Shown in pieces: positions 1 through 13,147 of a DNA stretch of 64,000 nt. This DNA is from Squalus acanthias (Eukaryota). Under the pieces are notes generated by a model. It made no database searches, was not told where the DNA came from, and saw only the letters and a program-made list of their open reading frames with translations. The stretch covers positions 120,592,001 through 120,656,000 of the forward strand of contig CM059431.1 in the NCBI GenBank assembly GCA_030390025.1. The letters are read 5' to 3'. The position numbers and the translations under genes were made by a program. Position 1 is the first letter of the stretch, and each line of letters begins with the position of its first letter.

Positions 1-421
1 CACTGCTTGTGGGCCAGGAGGAGCAGACTGAATCCCCCCGCTGGCACCCAAGCAAACCTGCCACGATCTGCCTTCCCCCGCGCTCGGCCGACCCGCCCGT
101 GATCTCCGGAATCCCCCCCCATCCGCAAAATCTTCCCCCCGCCATCCGATCTCACTCCCACGCAATCTCCAGACACCCCCGCCATCTCTCCCTGCCTTCA
201 TCCTCTCCGCCATGCTCTGAGCACTGACCCTCGATCTTCTTGATTGCCGAGGACCATCCCCAGTGGTTCCCCAGCTGCTGCCTTCAATCTGGCTGGTTGC
301 CGGGTGGGAAACAAAGTATTTTTAATAAGGTAACACCCCCGTGTTCCCCAGCATTTCTGGGTTTCACAGTCGCAGACAGGCGCCCACACACCCTCCCCAC
401 CACCCTGTAAGTATCAAGGCC
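1..421 (+). mobile_element. Right part of a GC/C-rich non-autonomous Harbinger-like element (same family as 58028-58876)
   Basis: Opening cactgcttgtgggccaggaggagcag matches ~58347 and ~23863; ends gtaagtatcaaggcc like 58876 (caaatatcaaggc). Confidence 0.65.
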
Positions 422-499
422 TATTAGCCAGCTTAGTGTAGCATGCAGGATGAGAGGAAGAAGCAGCAAGTGTGGCCAAGAGGGGGAAGTAGTTGTGAG

Positions 500-740
500 C
501 GTCATGCAGGGCTGTGAATGGAAGTCTTACCTTGGCACTCCTGGTCAGATAATTACAATTTTCCTTGCACTACAGTCAGGCCTTTAGAATATTGATTTTG
601 GTATAAACAGACTCTGCTACCTCTCTCCATTCCTGCCGAATATTGTCTCTCAGCACCCATCAGTCATTGAAGGGGAGGAGGACCTTCATCCTCCTACTCA
701 CTTGGTCAATGAGCACCTCCTCCTGCATCTGTGAATTAAT
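500..740 (-). pseudogene. Old Harbinger Myb/SANT exon-1 remnant
   Basis: Minus strand gives EVLIDQVSRRMKVLLP...CKENCNYLTRSAK|gtaag, same layout and donor position as the Myb exon 1 of the better-preserved copies. Confidence 0.5.
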
Positions 741-1595
741 GGGTCCCGATCAAAGTCATCCAACCTGCATTCACCACAAACTCCATTCCCTAGCCACCAA
801 CTCCATCCCTCTACGTGTCTGTGACTGAACCAGACTGTTCGCAACCGTGGCATCCTAATTGACTCTGAGCTGAGCTTCCAACCCCATTTTCTTTTCTCCA
901 CCATTGATAGCAGTGCCTTCAGCTGCCTAGGCCCTAAGCTCTGTAATTCCCTCCCTAAAGCTCTCCGCCTTGCTACCTCTCTCTCCTCCTTAAAGAAGCT
1001 CCCGAAAACTAACCTACATTGGCTCCCGGATAAGCAGTGCCTCAATTTCAAAATTCTCATCCTTGTTTTCAAATCCCTCCATGGCCTCGCCTCTTCCTAT
1101 CTCTGTAATCTCCTTCAGCCCCGCAACCTCACAAAATATCTGTGCTCCTCTAATTCTGCCCTCTTGAGGATCCCTGATTATAATCACTCAACCTTTGGTG
1201 GCCGTGCCTTCTGTTGTCTAAGCCCTAAGCTCTGGAATTTCCTGCCTAAACCTGTCCGCCTCGCTACCTCTCTTTCCTCCTTTAAGACGCTCCTTAAAGC
1301 CTACCTCTTTGACCGAGCTTTTGGTCACTTGCCCTAATTTATCCTTATGTGGATCGGTGTCAAAAAAATGTTTTTGTCTTAAAATACTCCTGTGCAGCGC
1401 CTTGAGATGTTTTACTACGTTAAAGGCGCTATATAAATTGTTGTTGTTGTTGTTTAATGTTGTAAGGTTTTGGTCACATGTCCTACTATCTCCTTATGTG
1501 GCTCGACATCATATTTTGTCTCATTATTTTCCCTGGGACGTTTTACTACATTAAGGGTGTGATTTAATTGCAAGATGTTGTTCTTGCTGTTGTTC
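740..1595 (+). mobile_element. Several overlapping L2 LINE 3' fragments
   Basis: L2-type 3' motifs (ccttcagctgcctaggccctaagctctg; aaaattctcatccttgttttcaaatccctcc; ggcgctatataaa + (ttg)n tail), reverse complement of the L2 at 24614-25540. Confidence 0.8.
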
Positions 1596-2204
1596 CACTA
1601 TGTCACTGTCCACTCTCCTTTAAGGTGCTGCAGGCTGAACTTAAATAACGGCCACCCCACCAAATTTCCTGCCCTCCCAATTGGCAAGCTGCCTATAGGG
1701 TGCGCGGTTTGCATGTCGCCGATTTAATTTGAATTAAGCCTGACCCCAGAAATGGCACAGGTCCCATGCCTTCAGGCAGCTGGAGCCCACCACACACCCA
1801 ATGAACGTGGATTATGAAAATCACCTCCAATGATTGGTGCTTCAAGCTTAAAATAAATATCGTAAATAAAGCTGTGGTTTTGGTTTTAAAATGTTCTACC
1901 CATGCTGCACAACAAAAAATATTATGCTGATAATATTCTGATAAACGTTTTCGGGGTATTTGTTGTTGAGTGACATAAATACAACTTTAAATAAAAATAG
2001 AATTAGGAACATAGGAACAGGAGTAGGCCATTCAGCTCCTCGGGTCTGCTCTGCCATTCAGTTAGATCATATCTGCCTTTGCTCCATATCTCTTTTCGCA
2101 ATTTTAATCTTTGAAATTACAACTACAGGGTCCTGTTTTGTTGTTTGTCAATGTCAGCACTAGGCATGATTAATATCTGCAGCATCTTTTCAATTGGCTA
2201 GTAC

Positions 2205-2353
2205 CTTGATGATAGGTTGCTCTTTTATTCTTCCTAGCTGTTATCATAAAACAGACCACAGCAAATTCCTTGTGATCCTTTGCATTGTCGAAGTTAATGT
2301 TATCAATAGCCATAAAATCAAGTTTTGTTAGATTTGGATAATTATAGTCACAG
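2205..2353 (-). CDS. Candidate coding exon of an unidentified host gene (149 bp; xCDYNYPNLTKLDFMAIDNINFDNAKDHKEFAVVCFMITARKNKRATYHQx)
   Basis: Non-repetitive DNA; acceptor tgttttatttcag|, donor AAG|gtacta; only one frame open; phase 2 in, phase 1 out. Confidence 0.6.
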
Positions 2354-3529
2354 CTGAAATAAAACATGATTTACATTGGTTGAAATATAAATAAATGAGG
2401 CAATGTAGCTGATTTATATTAAATATCAGATGCCATTTAACAATTTTTAATATTTGTATTATTAGAGATGTATCATGCTGTTTGGGTTACTTAGGTAATG
2501 TGTACTAACTAGGGAACAGGCTATTGGGATTTAGTTAAATGCAAAACTAGGGTCTTAAATCTAAACAAAGCAAACTATGTAGGTGTGAGGGGCGAGTTGG
2601 CTAAGGTAGATTGGGAAACTACATTAAAAGGTATGATGGTAGAGAAGCAATAGCTAGCATTTATAGAATTAATACATAATTTACAACAAATATAGATTCC
2701 TTTAAGGTGCAAAAATCCCACAGGAAAAGTGGTCCAACCATGGCTAACAAGAGAAGTTAAAGATGGCATTAGATTAAAGGAAGAGGCTTATAATGTTGCC
2801 AAAAAGTGTAGTAAACCTGAAGATTGGGAGGATTTTAGAATTCAGCAGAGTACCAAGAAATTGATAAAGAAAGGGAAAATAGAATATGAGAGTAAACTAG
2901 CGAGAGACATAAAAACAGATTGTAAAAGCTTCTATCGGTATGTAAAAAGGAAAAGATTAGTGAATGTAAATGTGGGTCCCTTACAGGCTGAGACAGCAGA
3001 AATTATAATGGGGAATAAGGAAATGGCAGAGAGATTAAACAAATACTCTCGCCGCAATTTTGCCAATTCTCAGAGGGCGGGTTTGGAGGCGGGTCAGAGG
3101 TTAAAGTCATTTTGATTGACGGCGAGTCCAAACTCGCCGTCAACCCGCCTCCACGCAACTTTGCAAAGTGTCGGGTCTGGGAGTCCCGATCAGACCCAAC
3201 ACCATTTTATAAGGCTCTTCCCATTTTACAGCATTTTCAGCATGTTCCACATCGTTCGCAAAACATGCCAGCTGATTGTGCCGGGTTCAGCAGCTACGTG
3301 AATTCTTGACAGCTGCACCTGCAGCATAAAAGTGGACCTGTAACATGGCTGACTTTCAGATGGCAGAACTTTGTTTTTTGAGGTGTTGGAACACATTTTG
3401 CAGGTCTATTGAGCTTGTAAGTGTTTAACCTGAGATCCATATGCACTGTGACCTCCTTGGAAAACCCTCTCCCAACATTGACTGAGTGCTTATAACATCT
3501 ATTTCTCAACTGACATATATACCAGCGGA

Positions 3530-4420
3530 ATGGGAACCTGGGTGGACACTCCTTACCAGTGGCTGTCAAAGTCACCACCGCCCTCAATTTTTTTGCTTCA
3601 GGGTCCTTCTAGTGATCATCTGCAGATATCAGCAGCATCTCCCATTCGGCCGCACACACTTGCATCACACAGGTTACCGATGCCCTCGTGGCAAAGGCGC
3701 ACAATTACATCCACTTCTCCAAGGATAAAGCAAGTGTAACCGCACGTGCGGTTGGCTTTGCAAATATGGCAGGCTTGCCAAGGGTGCAGGGTGTCATAGA
3801 CTGCACACATGTGGCTATTAGGGCACCCCATCACAACTCAGCTGTATTTGTCAACCGCAAGGGCTTCCACTCCCTTAACGTCCAGCTGATGTGTAACCAC
3901 AGGAAGAACATTATGCATGTTTGCGCCAAGTTCCCTGGCAGTTGCCATGACTTGTTCATCCTGCGGCAGTCTACTGTGCCTCAGCTCTTCAATCCACCAA
4001 TGCAACTTTCCGGATGGCTACTTGGAGACAAGAGCTATCCCCTGAAGACATGGCTAATGATGCCGTTGAGGACCCATCAAATGAAGCTGAGGAGCGCTAC
4101 AATGCCAGCCACATTTCCAGCAGAGGCATCATTGAGCAAACTATCGGCTTGCTCAAAATGCGATTCAGGTGCCTCGACAGATCAGGTGGAGCCCTGCAGT
4201 ACTCACCAGCCAGGGTCTCCAGAATCATCGTGGTCTGCTGTGCACTGCACAACATCGCACAGCAGCATGGCTTACCGCTGCCTGAGGAACAAGTGGCTCA
4301 GTGCACATCCTCCTCAGATGAGGAAGACCTTGTGGAGGCGGATGTGCCATTCCACCAGCATGCAAGCACATTGCTGGTCGTGAGGCAAGGGATGCACTAA
4401 TCCATGCCAGATTCGCTTAA
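3530..4420 (+). pseudogene. Harbinger (HARBI1-like) DDE transposase, frameshifted, ~300-bp N-terminal deletion relative to copy 2
   Basis: [58 protein letters not shown]. Confidence 0.9.
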
Positions 4421-4683
4421 GTTTACGAAGCAAACACATCTGGCTGCCACCTTCTTAACACACCATACACCATCTGTACAATAAACTGTGGGTTCCTATC
4501 ACTCTCACCACCATCATTACAGATGAAAGGCGCCCTGGCACCTCACTGTGACACTTCCATTTCTGGGCACACATAGGCCAACTCTTTGAATCATTGCCAT
4601 CGCATTTCTTTATTACAATTGAAATGACGATGATAATCTTCAATTTGTATTACATCAAAACACCCAAGTGACTAGCTTTGTGA

Positions 4684-6531
4684 CTATTTGTGTGTTAACT
4701 TTCTCTTATGCGTGCTTGTATGTGGTGCTTCCCCTGTGGCTTCAGCAGATGTGGAGGCACTTTGCTCACTTTCATGCTGCTTCTGCTTCGAAACCTTTGG
4801 CGGGCATCCTCAGGGCTCGGCAACAGTCTGCTCCTCCTGCGGCTGTGCAGGGGCTGAGACGGCCATCTCAGATGGGTGAGGAATCTGGTGCTCTGACTGA
4901 GGGCTCCGCAGTGGTATGGGAGTGTGAGCACTTGGAGAGGAGCCCACACTTCCTTGTTGTCGACCACCAACATCCCTCTCATGGGTTGCCCGCACTTCAC
5001 TGCTAGCAAGTAGTTGGAGAACATCTTGCTGCACATCAGTGGGGCCATGAGGACCCGTCTCTGTAATGACAGTCCTCATAACGGGGACGTCCATGTACCT
5101 CTGGTGTCTCTCCTCAATAGCTGCCCATCTATCCTCCATAGCAGACCATCTATTTAGAAGAGTCACTATGCTCTGTTGAGTCTGGTGACTTATGTGAGGT
5201 TGCCACCCTCTCCATGGTGGCACGTTCATGCACTCCTCCATTCTCTGCACACTCGCAGTTACCGTGGATGCAAAACCTGTCAGAGACTCCTGCACTTGTT
5301 GCTGAAGTTCCAGCACCGCTCTCTTTCTGGATGGCCCCAGAGGCACAGGGTCCACATGCAGCTAAGCAGAGCTAGGAGTGCCCTGTGGCCTCCAACGAGG
5401 ACTCTCCACTGCTGTCCCTGTCTCCACCATCTGCTGATGCTCACTTGTGATCTGTGATACACCAGATGACAACACTAATCTATCTCACGATTGACCCACC
5501 AAGGTGTGCGTCTCTGCGCTGGTGCTGAGTGCACTCAATTCTGCTGACACTGCGCCCTCAGAGGTTGCAGCTTCCTCTGAGGAGTCTTCTGGCTCTTCCT
5601 CCTGGACAGTGGGGAGGGGGGCTCTCGATGGTCCTGTGGGAGAGTAAAGGCATGAGTTACACATGTGATGTTAACGTAGCATGCACATCGAATTGTGCAG
5701 ATGATCATAACTCAATCTGTATGAACATCAGATGCCATATCAGTCACTCATGCAATCTAACTGAGAGGGTTGCAAATCTATTCTGTCACCAGCTTGCTCT
5801 ACTGCGCCCATCTCACCATCCCCCACTTCCAGCTCCTTAGCACCTCCGACGAAGTCGAGAGCAGCCTCCTCAGCGGTGGACTAGTGGGCAATCGAAGGTG
5901 GCCCTCCTCCGGTCCTGCCCCTCTCCCTCTTATTGTGGGCTCTCTTTTCCTGCAATGAGGGAAACAAGTGGAGTTTGAGTGAGGATGTTGGATTGAGTGT
6001 AGAGAATCCATAGCATTGATGCTTAGAGGGAGACAAAGATGGAGTGAGGTGCCAATACCAAGGGCCCTCCCTGTGCATTGTTAGTTGTTGTCATTGCATA
6101 ACAGTGATAGCGAGTGTGAGGGTGCATAGTAGAATGGTGAAGTGATTCTGTACATAGAGAGAGAGGGATGGTTAAGGGTGCAAGGGATGTAAGGGTAAAG
6201 TGGGATGTGCAGGAGTAGGTTGACAATGCAGAGTGCTGGTGATGAGAGGAGATGGGGAGCAGATTGAAGGTAAGTGTGATGTTATACTCACTTTTGCTGT
6301 GCGTAGCAGGTCATTGAACGTTTTCCTGCACTGAACCCAGGTGCGACCACACACAGACCTGGCACTCACCTCCTCAGCAATTTGCAGCCAGGCTGCTTTG
6401 GTTTGCTGAGGAGGCTTCCTCCGTCCGTTTGAGGGGAACAGTACCTCCTGGTGCCCTCTCACTCCCTCCACAAGAGCATGGAGGGAGTCATCATCGAACT
6501 GTGGAGATGCCTTTGGTCTTAAAGCAGTCAT
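4684..6531 (-). pseudogene. Harbinger Myb/SANT-like DNA-binding protein gene, 3 exons (6531-6292, 5949-5790, 5633-4684)
   Basis: PQFDDDSLHALVEGV...WLQIAEEVSARSVCGRTWVQCRKTFNDLLR; splice sites AAA|gtgagt, cattgcag|GAAAAG, CTG|gtgaca, cccacag|GACC; frameshifts in exon 3. Confidence 0.85.
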
Positions 6532-7326
6532 TTTCAGAAGTACCACACCGAGAAGCAGCAGGAAAGGATGGTTCAAAAACAAGGCTGCATGGGCCCCTTA
6601 AATACAACTGGCTGAGAGACATCAGCAGAGGTGAGCAGCAGACCCGAACCCACTGATTGAGCCGGGTAGCGTGCATGATGGGCTTAATCAGCCCACTTAA
6701 GCCAAAATCGTTATTTCAGAGTGGATTAAACCAGCAGTAGGACCAAAACCCATCGAACCCGCCTCCAACCCACCCCCACTCGGAAAAATCACAGCCTTTG
6801 TGTCTGTCTTCACGGAAGAAGATGCAAAAAACTTCCTGGAAATAGTGGAGAACCAAGGGTCTAGCGAGAATGAGGAACTGAAAGAAATTAGTATTATTAA
6901 AAAAAAGGACTGGAGAAATGAATGGGACTGAAAGCTAATAAATCCCCTGGTCCTGATGGCCTACACCCTACGGTTTTGAAAGAGGTGGCTATAGAGATAA
7001 TGGATGCATTGGTTGTCATTTTCCAAAATTCTGTAGATTCTATAATGGTTCCTGCGGATTGGAAGGTAGCAAATGTAACCCCACTATTTAAGAAAGGAGG
7101 GAGAGAGAAAACGGGGAACTACAGACCAGTTAGCCTGACATCTGCAGTAGGGAAAATGCTAGAAACTATTATTAAGGATGTGGTAACAGGGCACTTAGAA
7201 AATAATAATAGGATTGGACAGAGTCAACACAGATTTATGAAAGGGAAATTGTGTTTGATGAATTTCTTAGAGATTTTTGAGGTTGTAACTAGCAGAATAG
7301 ATATGGGGAAACCAGTGGATGTGGTG

Positions 7327-7711
7327 TGATGGAGTAAATTAGGACTTAAAGTTAAAGAATGTAATAAAAAAGTTAAATGTAACACAGTTCGATGGAAAAT
7401 GTCTGTGGTTAACATGTGTATGTGCAAGGGGATAACCAGACAGCCATACCAGACAAAGCTGACCACATTTCGATGTTTATAGTTTCGGTTAAGAAGCAAA
7501 AACCCCCTGTGTTCTAATTATTTGTTGTTGCTAAGGGAACATGATTGGATGATGTAATGTATAAAAGAAGTTTTGATACCACTGTAAAGACGAGAAGAAG
7601 TTCACCTGATCGCGGGGATCTATGAATTCTTCTCCCAGAACACCGCTCTGTTAAATAAACTATGATCTTCTGCCTTAAGACAGACTCGAGTGAATTCATT
7701 TTTCACATACA
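7327..7711 (+). mobile_element. Solo LTR (385 bp) inserted in CR1
   Basis: TG...CA ends; 5-bp TSD TGGTG (7322-7326, 7712-7716); tataaaa ~7560 and aataaa ~7653; CR1 reads through on removal (VDVVYL). Confidence 0.8.
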
Positions 7712-9508
7712 TGGTGTATTTGAATTTCCAGAAGGCATTCGATAAGGTGACACACAAGAGGTTATTAAACAAAATTAGGGCTCATGGGATTGGGGGTAAT
7801 ATACTAGTATGGATTGAAAACAGAGAGTAGGAATAAACGGGTCATTTTCAGTTTGGCATGCTGTAACTAGTGGGGTACCGTAAGGATCAGTGCTTGGGCC
7901 TCAACTATTCACAATCTACATCAATGATTTCGATGAGGGGACCAAATGTAATATATCCAAGATTGCTGATGATACAAAGCTGGGTGGGAATGTAAGTTGT
8001 GAGGAGGTTGCAAAAATGCTTCAAGGGGATATAGACAAGCTAAGTGAGTGGGCAAGAACATGGCAAATGGAATATAATGTGGAGAAATGTGAAGTTATCC
8101 ACTTTGGTAGGAAAAATAGAAAAGCAGAGTATTTTTTAAATGGTGAGAGATTGGGAAATGTTGGTGTTCAGAGGGACCTGGGTGTCCTTGTACACAAATT
8201 ACTGAAAGTTAACATGTAGGTACAGCAAACAATTAGGAAAGCAAATGGTATGTTGGCCTTTATTACAAGAGAATTTGAGTATAAGAGTAAAGACGTCTTA
8301 CTGCAATTATATAGGGCATTGGTGAGACCACACCTGGAGTATTGTGTACAGTTTTGGTCTCCTTACCTAAGGAAGGATATACTTGCCATAGAGGGAGTGC
8401 AATGAAGGTTCACCAGACTGATTCCTGGGATGGGGGGATTGTCCTATGAGGAGAGATTGAGTAGACTAGGCCTATATTCTCTAGAGTTTAGAAGAATGAG
8501 AGCAGATCTCATTGAAACATATAAGATTCTGAGGGGGATTGACAGGCTAAATGCTGAGAGGTTGTTTCCCCTGGCGTGAGAGTCTAGAATTAGGTGGCAT
8601 AGTCTCTGAATAAGGGGTTGGCCATTTAGAACTGAGGTGAGGAGAAATTTCTTCACTCAGAGGGTGGTGAATCTTTGGAATTCTCTACCCCAGAGAGCTG
8701 TGGAGGCTGTTGTTGAGTATATTCAAGACAGAGATCGATAGATTTTTGGATATTAAGTGAATCAAGGGATATGTGGATAGTGCAAGAAAGTATAGTTGAG
8801 GTAGAAGATCAGCCATGATCTTATTGAATGGCGGAGCAGGCTCGAGGGGCCAAATGGCCTACTCCTGCTCCTATTTCTTATGTTATTATGTGTAACATAT
8901 ACGGAACATCCAGCTTCCAAATGAATGTTTTGATTACATAGCATTTTCTTAATGTGAATTTCTTGAGTACTTTCAATTAAAATCAGCAAAGTTGGAATAA
9001 AATCTAAATTTAAGCTAGCATCCACCCATCATTGCATTCTCTCTTTGCCTTTTATAAAACAGGAAGTATAATGAGATACTGACTCAACGTCAATTGCAAA
9101 TATAAATTATTTATCTGAAAGCAACATAAAATCATGTCTCATTTTTGATGATTCAAATGTACATATCAGGCACGATAATGTGCTGCTGCTGAAGAAGAAA
9201 GAAATCAGTAGATGGAATTTCCATTATTAACTGTATAATAAATCAATTTACCGGGTAACCTTTAACTAACTGAACACAGCAGAATTTATAAAATTTCTCC
9301 GAAAGGTCTCACTGTAGCACTGTCACCAGCTACCTTATAATAGATCGTGCTGTACGCAAGGTACTTCCCACAATTCTCAAACATATTTGGAAAGTTTACT
9401 TGATTTTTGTACTTGTAGAAGATGTAGAAAATATGTGCTTGTTTTGGATCATACAAAGTGCATTCTTCAACAAATGATTTTTACTATGATTGCAATAGCT
9501 GTATTTAA

Positions 9509-9679
9509 GAGCCAATTTTCCAAATGCAAGCCCCTGGCACAGAGTTTTGCCTGCTGGGAGCATGTATCAGGATATCCTGAGTGTGCTGTCCACAATTTTC
9601 TCTCCATTAATACACCCACGTTTCTCAATATGCATTCCTGGCAGTTAAAGCCAGGAGCACACTTTTGGAAAATTAGCCC
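9509..9679. mobile_element. Harbinger-type MITE
   Basis: TIR gagccaattttccaaa / tttggaaaattagccc. Confidence 0.6.
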
Positions 9680-9706
9680 TTTTATGTTAACTCAATGCCT
9701 TATATT

Positions 9707-9803
9707 CTTAACACTAGTACAAACAATATTTGGGTAAGTTACATTATGCTTTTAGTATATATAATATATATATATACTAAAAGCATAATGTACTAGTGTT
9801 AAG
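9707..9803. repeat. Local fold-back (nested inverted repeats around a (TA)n core)
   Basis: Perfect 24-bp arms 9740-9763/9769-9792 plus 15-bp arms 9707-9721/9789-9803. Confidence 0.85.
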
Positions 9804-9989
9804 ATGCCTGCCTTACCTCACGTGTGGGTAAACTTCGACATTCCATAATATAGATTTAAATTAGTCAACATTTAGAAAAATATGGTTAGCAAAGGACAGT
9901 AGGCATAGATTTGCATAGGGTACATCATTCTTGACAAATTCAATTGAATTTTTGGAGCGATCACAGAGTATATAGATAACAACAAAAGA

Positions 9990-10575
9990 ACTAGAACAAC
10001 AACAGCTTGTATTTTTATAGTGTCTTTAACATAAAACAAACCCCAAGGTGGCTAATAGTTGTGATAAATAAGGGAATAGAAGAAAATGTTAGGAAGTGTG
10101 ACCAAAAGCTTGAATGAAAGGGTGCCTTACGAGAAGTTATTTTAAAAGTGAGGAGAGGAGAGGCGGAGGGGTTTAGAATGGAGTTCAAGAGTGTTAGGGC
10201 CAAAGCAGCTGAAACCTCTACCACCAGTGAAGGGGCGAGGAGAGGAAGGGGATGCACAAAAGGTTAGAGTCAGAGGACATAATGGTGTTGTAGGGTATAT
10301 AAAGCTGGAGGAGGTTGTACAGATAGGATGGATTGAGGCAGTGGAGGGATTTGAAGACACAAACAGGGATTTTAAATGTGACGCACTGGAGTAACGGGAG
10401 CCAATGTAGGTTAGCAAAGTATGTGGCTAATTTGCAAATGGAACTTAGTGGGCAGGGAATGCAGGCTGCTGCCCTTTGGACTAATTAGAGTTTTTGGACG
10501 ATAAAGGATGAGAAGCTGTCTAGAAGGACACTGGAATAATCAAAGCAAGGGTGACAGAAGCATGGAAAAAGGAAT
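9990..10575 (-). mobile_element. Old L2 LINE 3' fragment
   Basis: aacaacaacagcttgtatttttatagtgtctttaac and downstream similarity to 24614-25540. Confidence 0.65.
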
Positions 10576-10680
10576 GCAGTAGATGTACTTTACATGGGTT
10601 TTGAGAAGATATTTGATAAGTTGCAATCTTGTTAGGCATTTGTTAGGCAAATTAAGGCATTTGGAATTAAAGGGAATAAA

Positions 10681-12853
10681 GAGCTAAATATTCGGGGGCT
10701 TATCGCCACCTGTTACTGGCAAAAAATGGCAAAAAGAGGGCGGCCGCCGTACCCTTGCCAACTGGTGGCAGCTCCTGCGGCATCCTCCATTTTCCCTGGC
10801 CCGGTAGCGCTGCCATTAAGAAGTATCGCTCGGCAAACAAAAATGAGCGAGTTGTGATGTCAGTCGGCATGCAACGCCGACTTATCGTCACCACAGCGAA
10901 CTTCGACCCTAGTGCGAGAGCAGCACTGGGTCCTAAGCACTCCAGGTAAACCCAGCGTGCAGCAGACTCACAGGGGTGCTGTCAGCACCTCATAAAGGGA
11001 CACACACATCTTTCCGGTATTTTTGCTTTTAAACTATTGGACTGGGTATTTTTGATATTACTGAAGTAGTGGCTTGCTGCAGTATAAGCTAAAAGTTTTT
11101 AAGTCTGTAGGGAGTGCTGCTGGATGCTTGCAAGGCCTCGGATGGTAAAGGAAGGCCTCTGAGAAGACAGACAATGCTGCAAATACTCAGCAGGTCAGGT
11201 AACATCTGTGGAGAGAGAAACAGAGTTCACGTCTCAAGTCGAGATGCTACCTGACCTGCTGCGTATTTCCAGCATTTTAAGTTGTCATTTCAGATTTACA
11301 GCATCCGCTCACAGAGGGAAGAGGGAGATGCAGAAGAGGAAGAAACAAAAGAGGAAGAAGCAGTAGAGGAGGAAACAGAAGAGGAGGAAGCAGAAAGGGA
11401 GGAAGCAGAAGAGGAGGAAACAGAAGGAAGGATGCAATCCAGACAGCCCCTTTCTGGCTGGGATATCCGGGATAGAATCATCCACCTGCAGTCCTAGTGA
11501 CCACAACCCCAATTCCCCTTTCAACATTAGTCTCTCTGTTACTGACCATCACAGTGTCCTCTTGGCCACAATACTGAAATAAAAGCTACCACAAAGCAAA
11601 CTTTCCACTCCAAATTTATACATCTATGCATCCAATATGACATCAAGAAATCAACTCATCACCCTTATGCATTCTCTTAGTGAGTGTCTTGTGTGTTCCT
11701 TTCCCTACCTACTGATGTCACACAGTGCTACCACAGTGGCTACAGCATGGAAGGTTGCTGACTTTCAGTGGGGGACTCTGCAAATGGCCTTGCTGGTCAA
11801 CCTTGAGGAGCTGGTGGTTGGGAGTGTGAAATCGATTGACGGTGTTTCTTTTTCTTTTTCTTCCTTTTCACTCTCCTCTCCCTCTTCTTGGGTGGATGCC
11901 AAAAGGAGGATAACATATGAGGATACCAGCATCTTGTATCCTTTCTGCGCTACCGCTGGCCAAGGGCTCAGCCATGCCCCTGCCAAGAATGGCCTGCAGC
12001 ATCTTCTCCAAGGGGGTGAGATGAGGCTAGGAATAGGAGATGTGTCTCGTGATTGGTAGAGATTGTTGGTAGGTGAGTGATTGGCTGGGGAGGGGGGGCG
12101 GGGAGGGTGTCGTGCATTGAGCAGTGTGTGAGGCTAGTGATTCAGTTGGTAGGAGATTGCTTTTGAAGATACATTCACTGACCTTGACCAGTGGTCTGAG
12201 ATCGTGAAGCTTCTTTGGACACTGAGCCAGATGGTGGGGGCGACACTGCTCGTAGTGATGGCCTCGGTGATGTGTTCCCACATCGTTCTTTCTGGAGACG
12301 CTCTTGACCTCTGTGGGTAGAGGACCTCTCTTGCAGTGTTGGGCCCTGTACAAAGCTGGAGCACTGTGTGCGAGACTCTGGGTGCCCCTTCCCTGACTTG
12401 CTGAGCCATTTGTGTTAGTGCTGAAGCATTTTTCCCTATTTTTGAGGTTCGGAAGGAAATTCAGCTTTAATTGCTGAAGCCTCCCATTTGGGATTTCTTT
12501 TTAATGTTAATTTTTTTTTAAAAGGCAGTAAGGGCTGAAAACTGCCTTTTTTCACTTCATTTTGATTTTGATTACTTCTGAATGCATTGCCCTTTTAATT
12601 GCCCACAATTCCTTGCGATCTCCATAGCCTTGCTCTCAGAAGCTGGAACGCCACCTCAGGACGGGAACTTCGACTTCCATGCTTGCAGTAACGCCACCAG
12701 GAGGGCGTTACACAGTAAGTTAGCACTGGGCTAAAAACCTTTAGCCCCCAGCGCAAATTTTTCTCGGGTAGCACTTTGTCCATTTTCAGCGGCCTTTAAC
12801 CCAAGCTGTAGGTGACACCAGCAACTCTCGTGGCGACCACAAATTATTCCCCC
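10681..12853. mobile_element. Internally deleted Harbinger of another subfamily (acidic transposase C-terminus +, Myb -)
   Basis: Imperfect inverted ends (gagctaaatattcg...tcgccac / gtggcgaccacaaattattcccc); Glu-rich transposase tail 11310-11497; Myb remnant MAQQVREGAPRVS...QCPKKLHDL..VK|gtcagt. Confidence 0.7.
11165..11305. mobile_element. Short palindromic Penelope-derived repeat lacking the ribozyme core
   Basis: ~35-bp inverted arms aatgctgcaaatactcagcaggtcaggtaacatct / agatgctacctgacctgctgcgtatttccagcatt; same family as 63629-63765. Confidence 0.7.
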
Positions 12854-13147
12854 CTAGCCTCATGAACAAAGAAATAGGGGCCAGAAAGCAAACAGTAGGG
12901 CAAATGGATATTGTTCAGATTGGTGGGATTTTGGTAGTGGTCTGCCCAAGGGATCTGTGCTGAGACCTCTTTTGTTTTCCATTGATAAAATTGAATTAGA
13001 CATAGGCACAAGATGAATGATACTGAAGTTTGCTGATAATACCAAATTATGCGGCAAGGTTAACTGTGAAAAAAGAATGCAAGAGATTGCAGGAAGTATT
13101 ACACAGTGTACTGGACTGGGTAGATAGGAATAGGATGCAATGTAATA

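Larger units (their letters stand above)
3048..6796. mobile_element. PIF/Harbinger DNA transposon copy 1 (transposase +, Myb/SANT -)
   Basis: Interrupts CR1 (aaacaaatact | ttgtgtctgtc); degenerate TIRs (gccgcaatttt / aaaaatcacagcc) and inverted subterminal ggaggcggg; two convergent genes. Confidence 0.9.
2575..8890 (+). mobile_element. CR1 LINE, 5'-truncated ORF2 pseudogene plus 3' UTR, split by insertions at 3048-6796 and 7327-7711
   Basis: PWLTREVK, FYRYVKRKR, KSPGPDGLHP, NYRPVSLTS, GPQLFTIYIND, ADDTKLGG; 3' end ggcctactcctgctcctatttcttatg; several stops. Confidence 0.93.

Noticed and set aside
3530..4420. Domesticated HARBI1 gene (also 25669-26813 and 45482-46700)
   Set aside because: Multiple copies inside TIR-bounded elements, with frameshifts and stops; these are transposon relics
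9030..9210. Possible exons behind strong-looking acceptors (also ~32800-32895, ~33930-34020, ~35595-35700)
   Set aside because: Stops in the usable frames or no suitable donor
11282..11497. Glu-rich host protein exon
   Set aside because: Matches the position and style of the acidic Harbinger transposase tail (cf. 45482-45620) inside a TIR-bounded element
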